A stretch of 64,000 nt of DNA from assembly GCF_028285715.1 (NCBI RefSeq), contig NZ_JANQOO010000024.1, forward strand, positions 9,539 to 73,538. The letters run 5' to 3'. Source of the DNA: Ulvibacterium sp. (GTDB lineage: Bacteria; Bacteroidota; Bacteroidia; Flavobacteriales; Flavobacteriaceae). Under the pieces are notes generated by a model. The model did no database searches and had not been told where the DNA came from. It saw only the letters and a program-made list of their open reading frames with translations. The translations under genes were made by a program, and so were the position numbers. Each line of letters begins with the position of its first letter. The stretch's first letter is position 1. Below are positions 18,082 through 27,621 of this stretch, piece by piece.

Positions 18082-19041
18082 TTAGGCCTTAAAATCCTTC
18101 AATTTTTCGATGAGTTTGGGAACCACCTCAAAGGCATCCCCGACTATTCCATAGTCTGCAGCCCTAAAAAATGGAGCTTCTGGATCTGTATTGATAACCA
18201 CTTTGGTCTTGGAGGCACTGACACCGGCTAGATGTTGAATGGCACCCGAAATTCCTATGGCGATGTATAAATTACTCGCAACCGGTTTACCGGTTTGTCC
18301 CACATGTTCCCCGTGAGGTCTCCATCCCAAGTCCGATACCGGCTTGGAACAAGCCGTTGCAGCGCCAAGTACTTCGGCCAGTTCTTCTATCATTCCCCAA
18401 TTTTCAGGACCCTTTAGTCCCCTGCCACCGGAGACCACAATGTCTGCATCGGCAATAGTTGCCTTTCCGACCACTTTGTCCACTTCAAAAGATTTTACCG
18501 AGAAGCATGATTCGTCTATCTCAGGATTAAAACCTTCTATTTCAAGATTCAATTTCTTTTCGTGTTGGCCAAATGCATTGTTGGATACACCTACAATTTT
18601 AATGTCGGTATTGATTTGCGTGTGGGCAAAACCTTTGTTACTAAAGGCTGTTCTTTTTACGGTAAAAGGGTCTACGTTTTCCGGTGCGGAGACAACGTTT
18701 GGAACATATCCCGCCTTAAGTTTTGCCGCCAATAAGGGTGCCATAAATTTGGTGTCGGCGCTGGAACTGACAATGACCGCCTTGGCATTTTCCTTTTTAA
18801 CAGCTTGGGCAATTGCATCCGCAAATGCCTTTGCACTAAACGTTTTAAGATGTTCATTGGAAACCTTCAATACCTTGGAAATTCCATATTCCCCCAAACG
18901 CTCATCATCCTGAACATTAAATGATATTGCTATCGCAGAAGTGCCTAGTTGACTTGCCACCTCATTGGCATAAGAAGCTACCTCAAAGGCGTTTTTTTTG
19001 AATTTACCGTTTTCGGACTCTGTATATACTAAGACTGACAT
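18082..19041 (-). CDS. etfA: electron transfer flavoprotein subunit alpha
   Basis: FAD-binding C-terminal pattern VSGGRGLK...LYIAIGISGAIQHLAG. ATG 19041 (MSVLVYTE) preferred over TTG 19053. Confidence 0.9.
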   Translation of the reverse strand: MSVLVYTESENGKFKKNAFEVASYANEVASQLGTSAIAISFNVQDDERLGEYGISKVLKVSNEHLKTFSAKAFADAIAQAVKKENAKAVIVSSSADTKFMAPLLAAKLKAGYVPNVVSAPENVDPFTVKRTAFSNKGFAHTQINTDIKIVGVSNNAFGQHEKKLNLEIEGFNPEIDESCFSVKSFEVDKVVGKATIADADIVVSGGRGLKGPENWGMIEELAEVLGAATACSKPVSDLGWRPHGEHVGQTGKPVASNLYIAIGISGAIQHLAGVSASKTKVVINTDPEAPFFRAADYGIVGDAFEVVPKLIEKLKDFKA

Positions 19042-19094
19042 ATTCTTTAACAAATTTCAATTATAAAATTATAAATCCAATAGCGAGCAGGTTA

Positions 19095-19841
19095 TTAAAT
19101 GACTTTGGCCTCGTTGTGCAATAAATCTATCAATTCTTCAATGTTATCGGAATCTACCAGTTTTACTGCACCCTTGGGGGTAGGCCTTTCAAATTTGATG
19201 TCTTCCGTACCTCGTAAAGCATTTACGGGTTCTACTACATTCAACACTTTTTTCCGTGCCATCATAATACCGCGCATGTTGGGGATTCTTAGGTCACTTT
19301 CCTCTACCAGCCCTTTCTGTCCTCCTACCACTAAAGGTAGGGTTGTGGTCAGTGTCTCTTTTCCGCCATCAATTTCCCGAATAGCGGTGACCGCATCCCC
19401 ATCAATTTCCAAACCTATACAGGTATTTACAAAGTTCATATCCAGCAATGTGGCCAGAATTCCAGGTACCATACCTCCGTTATAATCAATGGATTCCCTA
19501 CCGGCTATAACGAGATTATATTGCCCATCTTTCACTACCTCGGCCAATTGTTGAGCCACAAAAAGCCCATCCGTAGGGGTAGCGTTTATGCGAATGGCCT
19601 CATCGGCACCTATGGCCAACGCTTTCCTTAGGGTAGGTTCCACGGAGGCTTCACCCACGCTGGCAACATGAATTACAGCTCCTTGCTTTTCCTTAAGCCA
19701 CATGGCACGTGTTAACCCAAATTCATCGTTTGGATTAATGACAAATTGAACCCCATTGGTATCAAATTTGGTGTCATTTTCCGTAAAGTTTATCTTGGAA
19801 GTTGTGTCGGGAACGTTACTTATACAGACTAAAATTTTCAT
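19095..19841 (-). CDS. etfB: electron transfer flavoprotein subunit beta
   Basis: MKILVCISNVPDTTSKI N-terminus, 248 aa, directly upstream of etfA. Confidence 0.9.
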   Translation of the reverse strand: MKILVCISNVPDTTSKINFTENDTKFDTNGVQFVINPNDEFGLTRAMWLKEKQGAVIHVASVGEASVEPTLRKALAIGADEAIRINATPTDGLFVAQQLAEVVKDGQYNLVIAGRESIDYNGGMVPGILATLLDMNFVNTCIGLEIDGDAVTAIREIDGGKETLTTTLPLVVGGQKGLVEESDLRIPNMRGIMMARKKVLNVVEPVNALRGTEDIKFERPTPKGAVKLVDSDNIEELIDLLHNEAKVI

Positions 19842-19888
19842 TAGTAAAAGTCATTTTAAATATGGGCACGAAGATACATATTAATTTC

Positions 19889-19896
19889 CAAATTTA
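19889..19896 (-). promoter_or_regulatory. Bacteroidota-type -7 promoter box (TAAATTTG) for etfBA
   Basis: Exact TAnnTTTG on the minus strand, 48 nt upstream of etfB ATG 19841. It overlaps the left arm of the 28-bp palindrome. Confidence 0.35.
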
Positions 19897-19917
19897 CTAT
19901 GCGCGCATAGTAAATTT
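19890..19917. promoter_or_regulatory. perfect 28-bp palindrome in the divergent etfB/pdhB intergenic region
   Basis: AAATTTACTATGCG|CGCATAGTAAATTT is exactly self-complementary over 28 bp. Candidate operator and/or back-to-back promoter element. Confidence 0.6.
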
Positions 19918-19966
19918 TTGCTTCTTTTTTTGATTCCATAGTTCCTTGGTTTGCCATATATTTTCC

Positions 19967-19974
19967 TATTTTTG
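19967..19974 (+). promoter_or_regulatory. Bacteroidota-type -7 promoter box (TATTTTTG) for pdhB
   Basis: Exact TAnnTTTG match 23 nt upstream of ATG 19997. Confidence 0.4.
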
Positions 19975-19996
19975 CTTGCATTTGAAATTTGACTTG

Positions 19997-20974
19997 ATGA
20001 AAACATTACAGTTTAGGGAAGCTATTGCCGAGGCCATGTCCGAGGAGATGCGCAGGGACGAAACCATTTATCTGATGGGCGAAGAAGTTGCGGAGTATAA
20101 TGGCGCTTATAAGGCCTCTAAGGGCATGTTGGACGAGTTTGGTCCCGAGCGGGTTATTGATACCCCTATTTCAGAATTGGGCTTTGCCGGAGTAGGAGTT
20201 GGATCGGCCATGAACGGTAACCGACCGATTATAGAATTCATGACGTTCAATTTTGCATTGGTCGGAATTGATCAGATAATAAACAATGCAGCGAAAATCA
20301 GGCAAATGTCGGGTGGACAATTTAACTGTCCTATAGTATTTAGAGGACCTACTGCATCTGCAGGTCAACTGGCGGCTACACATTCCCAAGCTTTTGAAAG
20401 CTGGTATGCCAATTGTCCGGGTCTTAAGGTAGTGGTGCCCTCCAATCCAAATGATGCAAAAGGATTGCTAAAATCGGCCATACGGGATGATGACCCGGTT
20501 ATTTTTATGGAGTCCGAACAAATGTATGGGGACAAAGGTGAAGTGCCCGAGGGCGAATATACAATTCCCTTGGGAGTAGCGGATATTCGGAGGGAAGGAA
20601 CGGACGTTACTATCGTTTCTTTCGGAAAAATCATCAAGGAGGCCGATAAGGCCGCTGACGAACTTGCCAAAGAGAATATCAGCTGTGAAATCATTGATTT
20701 GAGGACCGTTAAACCCATGGATTCCGAAGCCATTTTTAAATCCGTAAAAAAGACCAATAGACTGGTCGTTCTTGAAGAGGCCTGGCCTTTCGGTAATGTG
20801 GCCACGGAAATCACCTATCAGGTGCAATCCACTATTTTTGATTATCTGGACGCTCCCATTGTAAAGATCAATACTGCGGATACTCCGGCACCGTACTCTC
20901 CCGTTTTATTGGAAGAATGGCTTCCTAGCTACAAGGACGTCGTAGAGGCCGTTAAAAAAGTGTTATATAAATAA
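19997..20974 (+). CDS. pdhB: pyruvate (2-oxoacid) dehydrogenase E1 component beta subunit
   Basis: Transketolase-like pyrimidine-binding pattern (RVIDTPISELGFAGVGVGSAMNG.RPI.EFMTFNF) and C-terminal domain. ATG 19997 (MKTLQFREA). Confidence 0.85.
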   Translation: MKTLQFREAIAEAMSEEMRRDETIYLMGEEVAEYNGAYKASKGMLDEFGPERVIDTPISELGFAGVGVGSAMNGNRPIIEFMTFNFALVGIDQIINNAAKIRQMSGGQFNCPIVFRGPTASAGQLAATHSQAFESWYANCPGLKVVVPSNPNDAKGLLKSAIRDDDPVIFMESEQMYGDKGEVPEGEYTIPLGVADIRREGTDVTIVSFGKIIKEADKAADELAKENISCEIIDLRTVKPMDSEAIFKSVKKTNRLVVLEEAWPFGNVATEITYQVQSTIFDYLDAPIVKINTADTPAPYSPVLLEEWLPSYKDVVEAVKKVLYK

Positions 20975-21000
20975 GGTAAACCATATTGTAAAGGTATATT

Positions 21001-21037
21001 AGCTTCCTCGACTAAAATCGGCGAAGCTTTTTTATTG
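21001..21037 (+). terminator. possible intrinsic terminator after pdhB
   Basis: AGCTTC...GAAGCT 6-bp stem with a long loop, followed by TTTTTTATT. Weak stem. Confidence 0.4.
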
Positions 21038-21079
21038 GTACGCTATTTGATTTAGGAACAGTTGCGAATATTCCACTGC

Positions 21080-23575
21080 ATGAAAAAAAACCTTTTCCTA
21101 CTCTTCTTCCTTTTCTCCTTTATCGCTATTTCACAAACCAAGGTCGGGGGTGTTGTTCTGGATGAATCCGGAAAACCTGTAGCATTTGCCAACGTACTGT
21201 TTAAAGACTCTATGGAAGGGACCATTACCAATGACAATGGTCGTTTTTATATGGAATCGGATAGTAATTACGAAGTACTGACCGTGTCTTTTATTGGATA
21301 CGATACTCAAGAGATTCCATTGACTTCCAGTGTCAGTTATAATATGGAGGTGATGCTAAAGGAATCCACCGAACAACTGGATGAGGTAGTCGTATATTCC
21401 GGGAAACAGTCGAAAAAGAATAATCCCGCCGTAGAAATTCTAAAGAAGATTTGGGCCAAAAAAAGGGAAAACGGCGTACGAAAGTTCAGACAATATCGAT
21501 ATGATAAATATGAAAAGGTAGAGTTCGACCTTAATACCATAGATAGTGCCCTTATGAAAAGTAAGATTTTTAGGGGGCTGGAATTTGTTTTTAAGGATTT
21601 GGATACCTCTCGCATTACCGGCAAAACCTATCTTCCCATTTTTTTGAACGAAACATTTTCCAAGGTCCATGGCGATAATCTTTTGAACGAGGAAAAGGAA
21701 GTGGTGCTGGGAAACAAAAATTCGGGCTTTGATAATAATCAGGCCATCATCGCATTCGTAAAAGATCTCTACCAGAACTATGATATCTATGACAACTACC
21801 TTAAGTTTTTTGATAAAAGCTTTACCAGCCCTTTATCTAGAACAGGTGTAGATACCTATAATTATGTTCTGCGGGACAGTGCTTTCATAGAAAGTAAATG
21901 GTGCTACAATATAGTCTACTATCCCAGGAGGAAGAACGAACTTACCTTTAAGGGGGATTTTTGGGTAAACGATTCTACCTATGCCATAAAGAACATTAAT
22001 CTGGAGGTCACCAAAAGTGCCAATATCAACTGGGTCAAGGAAATTTATATTGAGCAGGATTTTGACGTTGTCAACGATTCTGTATTCCTCTTAAAACGGG
22101 ATTATATGTTAAGTGACTTCAGTTTTCAGAAAAAAGAGGAATCCCGTGGAATCTATGGAAAACGCACAACGGTTTATGACAATTATGAATTCGATCTCCC
22201 AAAACCAAAAAATTTCTATAGAGCTGAAGGGAATCCCTTCGATCCTCAAATTTTGGACCGCGACAGCATTTTTTGGAAGAATAATAGGCTAGAGGCACTA
22301 AATAAGGATGAAAAAGGCATCTATCAACTATTGGACACCTTGAAAACCGTTCCCAAGTTTAAGACCTACTACAATTTGGTAAGTGTGCTGGGATCGGGAT
22401 ATATCGAAATTGATAAATGGAATCTGGATATAGGGGATGTCTACAGCATTTTTGGTTTTAACGATGCGGAAGGTGTACGCTTACGGGGTGGAGCCCGTAC
22501 CTATTTTGGACAAAATGATCCTTGGCGTCTGGAAGGGTATATGGCCTATGGTTTCATGGATAAAAAAGTAAAACATGGATTCTCGGCCAAGTTTTTATTG
22601 GATAAGAAAAGTAGATTAATCGTTTCAGGTGGTAATAGGAGAGATATTGAACAACTAGGTATTAGCCTAACCTCTACCAACGATGTTCTAGGTAGAAGCG
22701 TGGCCTCGTCCGCCATTTTTACCGTAGGTGCCAATGATAGATTGACGAATATTAATCTGAGCACCTTTAATCTGGAAATAGAGCCATTGACCAATTTTAG
22801 GATACGTCTGGGCAGTTCTTTCCGGACATTGAGTTCAGCATTACCAGATGCCTTTAGCTTGGAATATGTAGATAGCGAATCACCAACAGGAATTTCATCG
22901 GAAATAAAACAATTTGACCTCAGTACCCTGCTTATTTACACCCCGGGTAAAAGGACCATAGGTTATGGGGTGGAACGTAAGGATATCAATGATAACTATA
23001 GTACCTTGCTTTTGAACTATACCCGAGGAATCGATGGTTTTTTGGAGAGCGACTTCAATTACAGTAAAATTCAATTTTCGTATACCCAACCTTGGCAATT
23101 GGGAGGATTTGGAAGATTGTTCAGCACCATTGAAATTGGGAAGACCTTTGGAGAGGTTCCGTTAGGGTTGTTAAATGTAGTACCTGGTAATCAGACTTTG
23201 TTTTCTATATACAATACCTTTCCTAATTTGGATTTTTACGAGTTTGTTACAGATACCTACGCATCGGTTCATTTGGAGCATAATTTTAATGGACGTTTGT
23301 TTTCTAGAATACCTTTATTGAGAAAATGGAATCTTCGGGAAATTGTAGGGTTACGCGGAGTATGGGGCGAGCTTTCCGATGAAAACATAGCCTTGAGCGC
23401 TCCTACGAACATTCCGCTTCAGGCACCTGATGAAAGAATCTACTATGAATATTCCGTGGGGATAGGAAACATCTTCAAAATATTTAGGATCGACTTCAAT
23501 TTTCGTGGAAATTATTTGGATAACCCTAATGCCCGACCTTTTAGCGTCACGGGGACTTTTGGATTTAATTTCTGA
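21080..23575 (+). CDS. carboxypeptidase-regulatory-like domain + DUF5686 outer-membrane-type protein
   Basis: Signal peptide. N-terminal CarboxypepD_reg-like beta-sandwich (KVGGVVLDESGKPVAFANVLFK...NGRFYME), then a long beta-rich region ending in an aromatic residue (FGFNF). ATG 21080. Confidence 0.65.
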   Translation: MKKNLFLLFFLFSFIAISQTKVGGVVLDESGKPVAFANVLFKDSMEGTITNDNGRFYMESDSNYEVLTVSFIGYDTQEIPLTSSVSYNMEVMLKESTEQLDEVVVYSGKQSKKNNPAVEILKKIWAKKRENGVRKFRQYRYDKYEKVEFDLNTIDSALMKSKIFRGLEFVFKDLDTSRITGKTYLPIFLNETFSKVHGDNLLNEEKEVVLGNKNSGFDNNQAIIAFVKDLYQNYDIYDNYLKFFDKSFTSPLSRTGVDTYNYVLRDSAFIESKWCYNIVYYPRRKNELTFKGDFWVNDSTYAIKNINLEVTKSANINWVKEIYIEQDFDVVNDSVFLLKRDYMLSDFSFQKKEESRGIYGKRTTVYDNYEFDLPKPKNFYRAEGNPFDPQILDRDSIFWKNNRLEALNKDEKGIYQLLDTLKTVPKFKTYYNLVSVLGSGYIEIDKWNLDIGDVYSIFGFNDAEGVRLRGGARTYFGQNDPWRLEGYMAYGFMDKKVKHGFSAKFLLDKKSRLIVSGGNRRDIEQLGISLTSTNDVLGRSVASSAIFTVGANDRLTNINLSTFNLEIEPLTNFRIRLGSSFRTLSSALPDAFSLEYVDSESPTGISSEIKQFDLSTLLIYTPGKRTIGYGVERKDINDNYSTLLLNYTRGIDGFLESDFNYSKIQFSYTQPWQLGGFGRLFSTIEIGKTFGEVPLGLLNVVPGNQTLFSIYNTFPNLDFYEFVTDTYASVHLEHNFNGRLFSRIPLLRKWNLREIVGLRGVWGELSDENIALSAPTNIPLQAPDERIYYEYSVGIGNIFKIFRIDFNFRGNYLDNPNARPFSVTGTFGFNF

Positions 23576-23618
23576 TTTTCCGTAACACCATTGCCTATAT
23601 TCGGGAAGTCCATTTTTG

Positions 23619-23626
23619 TAGTTTTG
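23619..23626 (+). promoter_or_regulatory. Bacteroidota-type -7 promoter box (TAGTTTTG) for ppa
   Basis: Exact TAnnTTTG match 23 nt upstream of ATG 23649. Confidence 0.4.
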
Positions 23627-23648
23627 TACGTCTAAAACCCATGTTATT

Positions 23649-24176
23649 ATGAAACCCGAAGAAGTATCTTCTTTTGATGTTTTGATAGAAATTCCCAAAG
23701 GGAGCAGAAACAAATATGAATATGATTTTAAGCTCAAAAAAATTCGATATGATCGCATGATATTTTCTTCGATGATGTATCCTGCGGATTACGGCTTCAT
23801 TCCAGAAACCTTGGCTTTGGACGGGGACCCATTGGATGTCCTGGTTTTGGTTACCGAACCTACTTTTCCAGGATGTGTTATGGAAGTAAAACCTATTGGT
23901 GTGTTCCATATGGCCGATGAGAAGGGACCCGATGAAAAGGTCATTTGCGTTCCTATTTCAGACCCTATTGGCAACAAGACCAAGGACTTAAGTGATTTAA
24001 ACCCCCACTTGATAAAGGAGATTGAACATTTTTTTAAGGTCTATAAAGATTTGGAGAAGAAAAAAGTAGATGTTGGTGGTTGGGGCAATGTCGATCAAGC
24101 CAAGGATATCGTGGCCAAATGTATCAATAGATTTGTGGAAAGCGATATTCCTACAAAGCAGGTCAGCATTAAATGA
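23649..24176 (+). CDS. ppa: inorganic pyrophosphatase, soluble family I
   Basis: IEIPKGSRNKYEYD, YPADYGFIP.T...DGDPLDVLV motifs. 175 aa. Confidence 0.95.
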   Translation: MKPEEVSSFDVLIEIPKGSRNKYEYDFKLKKIRYDRMIFSSMMYPADYGFIPETLALDGDPLDVLVLVTEPTFPGCVMEVKPIGVFHMADEKGPDEKVICVPISDPIGNKTKDLSDLNPHLIKEIEHFFKVYKDLEKKKVDVGGWGNVDQAKDIVAKCINRFVESDIPTKQVSIK

Positions 24177-24205
24177 AAACTACTCTTTATAACTGCTTAA
24201 ATAAT

Positions 24206-24238
24206 AGCAATATCCGGTAGAAGATATTGCTTTTTTAT
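24206..24238 (+). terminator. intrinsic terminator after ppa
   Basis: 9-bp stem AGCAATATC/GATATTGCT with an 8-nt loop, followed by TTTTTTATT. Confidence 0.8.
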
Positions 24239-24253
24239 TCTGTTCTATTTTAC

Positions 24254-24261
24254 TACTTTTG
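24254..24261 (+). promoter_or_regulatory. Bacteroidota-type -7 promoter box (TACTTTTG) for hppA
   Basis: Exact TAnnTTTG match 36 nt upstream of ATG 24297. Confidence 0.4.
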
Positions 24262-24296
24262 CCCCCGTTCTAAAAAATTATAAACAACTAAACAAA

Positions 24297-26684
24297 ATGG
24301 AATTAATCGTAAAGTTTTTACCTGTTTTTGGAGTACTGGCTCTATTGTTCGTGTTTATTAAAAACATGTGGGTATCCAAACAAGAAGTCGGCGATGCCAA
24401 AATGGCGAGAATCGCTAAAAATATTGCCGATGGGGCTATGTCCTTCTTAAAGGCGGAGTACAAAATTCTTTCGATTTTCGTTGTAGCCGTCGCTGTACTT
24501 CTCTTCTTTAAAGGGAGCAATGAGGAAGGATCAAATGGAATGGTTGCCATATCCTTTATTGTTGGTGCCATTTGTTCAGCTTTGGCCGGATTTATTGGGA
24601 TGCGAGTTGCAACAAAGGCAAATGTAAGAACCACACAGGCCGCACGAACTTCTTTGGGAAAAGCCCTGGAAGTGGCTTTTGCTGGAGGGTCTGTTATGGG
24701 ATTAGGCGTCGTAGGTTTAGGTGTTTTGGGTCTCAGCGCCCTTTTTATGGTTTATAGTGGACAAGGATGGGAAATTGGTGAAGTCTTGAATGTGCTTTCG
24801 GGATTTTCTCTGGGGGCCTCCTCAATTGCCCTATTTGCCCGTGTAGGTGGCGGTATTTATACCAAGGCTGCGGACGTCGGAGCTGATTTGGTAGGAAAAG
24901 TGGAAGCCGGAATTCCAGAAGATCATCCTCTTAATCCTGCCACCATTGCGGATAATGTAGGTGATAATGTGGGTGACGTTGCGGGTATGGGAGCCGATCT
25001 TTTTGAATCTTATGTGGGGTCAATTATCGGTACAATGGTTCTGGGAGCTGCATTTACCCAAATCCCTGCTTTTACCGATGCCTTTGATGGTTTGGGAGCA
25101 GTGTATCTCCCATTGGTTCTGGCCGCAGTGGGAATTATCATGTCCATTATTGGTTCGTTTTTTGTAAAGGTAAAGGACGGTGGAAATCCCCAAACGGCCT
25201 TGAACATAGGGGAATTTGGGTCGGCTGGCCTTATGTTGGTGGCTTCCTACTTTATTATTACGCAAATGCTTCCCGAAAGTTGGACTTTCGGGGGTGCCGA
25301 ATATACATCCTTGGGGGTTTTCTTGGCAGTTCTTGCCGGGTTAATTGCAGGTCTCGCCGTAGGTAAGGTAACGGAATATTACACGGGTACGGGAACAAAA
25401 CCCGTTAATGCCATTGTAAGACAATCCGAGACTGGTGCGGCTACCAATATTATTTCCGGTCTGGGTGTAGGAATGATGTCCACGATGTTTCCTATTTTAT
25501 TGATTGCCGGCGCCATCTTGGTATCTCATCATTTTGCCGGATTGTATGGTATTGCCATTGCAGCCGTCGGGATGTTGGCCAATACCGGAATCCAATTGGC
25601 CGTTGACGCCTACGGACCAATATCCGATAATGCTGGGGGAATAGCTGAAATGGCCGAGTTGCCAAGTGAGGTCCGTGAGCGCACCGATAAATTGGATGCG
25701 GTTGGGAACACAACAGCGGCCATAGGTAAAGGTTTTGCCATTGCATCGGCCGCCTTAACGGCATTAGCGCTTTTTGCAGCCTTTATGCAAACGGCCAACG
25801 TAACAGCAATAGATGTTTCAAAACCAACAGTAATGGCCGGTCTTTTGGTAGGAGGAATGCTGCCTTTTGTGTTTTCGGCCCTTTCCATGAATGCCGTAGG
25901 TAGGGCGGCCATGGCGATGATTGAGGAGGTGCGACGTCAGTTTAGGGATATTCCCCAATTAAAAGCCGCCCTGGAAGTAATGCGCGCGGTGGATTCGGAT
26001 ATGTCCAAAGCTACTCCGGAGCAACGTGATGTCTTCGACAAAGCGGATGGTCTTGCCGAATACGAAAAGTGCGTTGCTATTTCTACAACTGCTTCCATCA
26101 AGGAAATGGTATTGCCCGGCCTTTTGGCCATTGCGGTTCCTGTAGCCGTAGGGTTCATTGGTGGAGCAGAAATGCTAGGAGGGCTTCTGGCCGGTGTTAC
26201 TACGGCAGGGGTATTAATGGCTATCTTTCAATCAAATGCCGGTGGTGCTTGGGACAACGCCAAGAAAATGATCGAGGAGCAGGGACGCAAGGGAACCGAT
26301 GCTCACAAAGCGGCTGTTGTGGGAGATACCGTTGGCGACCCTTTTAAGGATACCTCTGGACCATCTTTGAACATTCTTTTAAAGTTGATGTCCGTTGTGG
26401 CTTTGGTAATAGCACCCAGCATTGCCCTAAATGTTAGTGGTGTGGCCACCAAGGCGGATACAAAGGAAATAAAAATGGGAATGAGTACGGAAAATATGGA
26501 TTTGGCAAAGGCTACTATCACTTACACCGATGCGGTGAACAGTGAAAAGGCGAACGAGGAAAAAACGCTTAAGGGAACCCAGGCTGAAATAGGGACTCAA
26601 TTGGAGGATTTGGAAAACGGCACAACGGAGACACAGGCCATAACTATTAAGGCTACAGCGGAGGAAGGCGATAGTAGAGAATAG
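24297..26684 (+). CDS. hppA: membrane-bound ion-translocating pyrophosphatase (K+-dependent subclass), with C-terminal hydrophilic extension
   Basis: [39 protein letters not shown] and [11 protein letters not shown] motifs. [10 protein letters not shown] (Ala rather than Lys) marks the K+-dependent H+/Na+ class. The last ~85 aa are acidic and non-membrane. Confidence 0.9.
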   Translation: MELIVKFLPVFGVLALLFVFIKNMWVSKQEVGDAKMARIAKNIADGAMSFLKAEYKILSIFVVAVAVLLFFKGSNEEGSNGMVAISFIVGAICSALAGFIGMRVATKANVRTTQAARTSLGKALEVAFAGGSVMGLGVVGLGVLGLSALFMVYSGQGWEIGEVLNVLSGFSLGASSIALFARVGGGIYTKAADVGADLVGKVEAGIPEDHPLNPATIADNVGDNVGDVAGMGADLFESYVGSIIGTMVLGAAFTQIPAFTDAFDGLGAVYLPLVLAAVGIIMSIIGSFFVKVKDGGNPQTALNIGEFGSAGLMLVASYFIITQMLPESWTFGGAEYTSLGVFLAVLAGLIAGLAVGKVTEYYTGTGTKPVNAIVRQSETGAATNIISGLGVGMMSTMFPILLIAGAILVSHHFAGLYGIAIAAVGMLANTGIQLAVDAYGPISDNAGGIAEMAELPSEVRERTDKLDAVGNTTAAIGKGFAIASAALTALALFAAFMQTANVTAIDVSKPTVMAGLLVGGMLPFVFSALSMNAVGRAAMAMIEEVRRQFRDIPQLKAALEVMRAVDSDMSKATPEQRDVFDKADGLAEYEKCVAISTTASIKEMVLPGLLAIAVPVAVGFIGGAEMLGGLLAGVTTAGVLMAIFQSNAGGAWDNAKKMIEEQGRKGTDAHKAAVVGDTVGDPFKDTSGPSLNILLKLMSVVALVIAPSIALNVSGVATKADTKEIKMGMSTENMDLAKATITYTDAVNSEKANEEKTLKGTQAEIGTQLEDLENGTTETQAITIKATAEEGDSRE

Positions 26685-26706
26685 AAAAAATCTTGAAAAT
26701 AAAGAA

Positions 26707-26736
26707 AAGGCAAACCGCAATGGCTTGCCTTTTTTG
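26707..26736. terminator. bidirectional intrinsic terminator between hppA and the tonB-like gene
   Basis: AAGGCAA/TTGCCTT stem flanked by an A-run upstream and TTTTTGTTT downstream. It lies between convergent genes. Confidence 0.6.
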
Positions 26737-26743
26737 TTTGCCA

Positions 26744-27451
26744 TCATCGCAATTTAAAAGCTATGGGAATACTGAAGGGTACTCTTACCGGATTCCCAGC
26801 TTGCTCTCCAGGGATCATTCTAGGCAATTCATTAATAATTCTTGTGGCTTCTGCACCTAAGTTCTTATCTGGACTCCTGGCAATTTTCACTTCTCCGATA
26901 CTTCCATCTTTTTGAATGACAAAATTCATGTATACCTTTCCTTGTATACCCATTTTTTGTGATATTTCAGGATACCGAAAGGTCTTTTTAACATGTTTTA
27001 GAATCATTCTGTTAAAGCATGCCCTCTTGTCTTTTTCCTGTTCGCATCCTGGAAAGATGGGAACAATTTCAACGACCGAAATAGGAATGGGGATATCTTC
27101 TTCAATTTCTTCATATACCACATCTTTAACTTCATAGATTTCTTTGTACTCATTGCTTTCCGTTGATTCAATTATAATATCCTCAATAGGATTGTCATCT
27201 TTAACTATCTCTATAATATCAGGAGTAACAGCGGGCGGCGGAGGTGGAGGTGTAAAATGTATCGTAAGGGGGACTTCTTCGATTAGCTCATCGGTTAGGT
27301 TCATTCCCTCCAAATTGTAGTCAATTGTATCATAACTCTTCCATTCCAAAGCGATATAGGTCAACAGTAAAATTAGGGTAAGACCGGCTACAAAAAACAT
27401 CGCGCTGTCTTTGTTCAAATCGATTTTTGGGTTCTTTTTTGATTTCATCAT
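26744..27451 (-). CDS. energy transducer TonB-family protein
   Basis: N-terminal TM helix, Pro-rich spacer (TPPPPPPAVTP), and C-terminal TonB domain (YPEISQKMGIQGKVYMNFVIQKDGSIGEVKI). Confidence 0.8.
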   Translation of the reverse strand: MMKSKKNPKIDLNKDSAMFFVAGLTLILLLTYIALEWKSYDTIDYNLEGMNLTDELIEEVPLTIHFTPPPPPPAVTPDIIEIVKDDNPIEDIIIESTESNEYKEIYEVKDVVYEEIEEDIPIPISVVEIVPIFPGCEQEKDKRACFNRMILKHVKKTFRYPEISQKMGIQGKVYMNFVIQKDGSIGEVKIARSPDKNLGAEATRIINELPRMIPGEQAGNPVRVPFSIPIAFKLR

Positions 27452-27621
27452 ATTGCCATTTATAGTTTCCCTAAATCTATTGCCTGTGTATCATCTATAA
27501 AAGGAGTAATGCGTGAAAGTGGCCTTTGATCGAGGGAAAGGATTTTTTGCTTAAAAAACCATAACAATTTATTGCCAATGAATGGGTTTTGATCCGTACG
27601 GATATTGCCTATTTTTGGGTT

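Noticed and set aside
18344-18913. 189-aa plus-strand ORF inside etfA; similar ORFs at 19099-19485 in etfB and at 20365-20827 in pdhB
   Set aside because: Antisense to strongly recognisable genes. Ser/Pro/Thr-rich low-complexity translations typical of shadow frames.
24278-26747. Numerous 60-118-aa ORFs on both strands within hppA
   Set aside because: They overlap a 795-aa ORF with all canonical M-PPase motifs. The Gly/Ala-rich gene generates open alternative frames.
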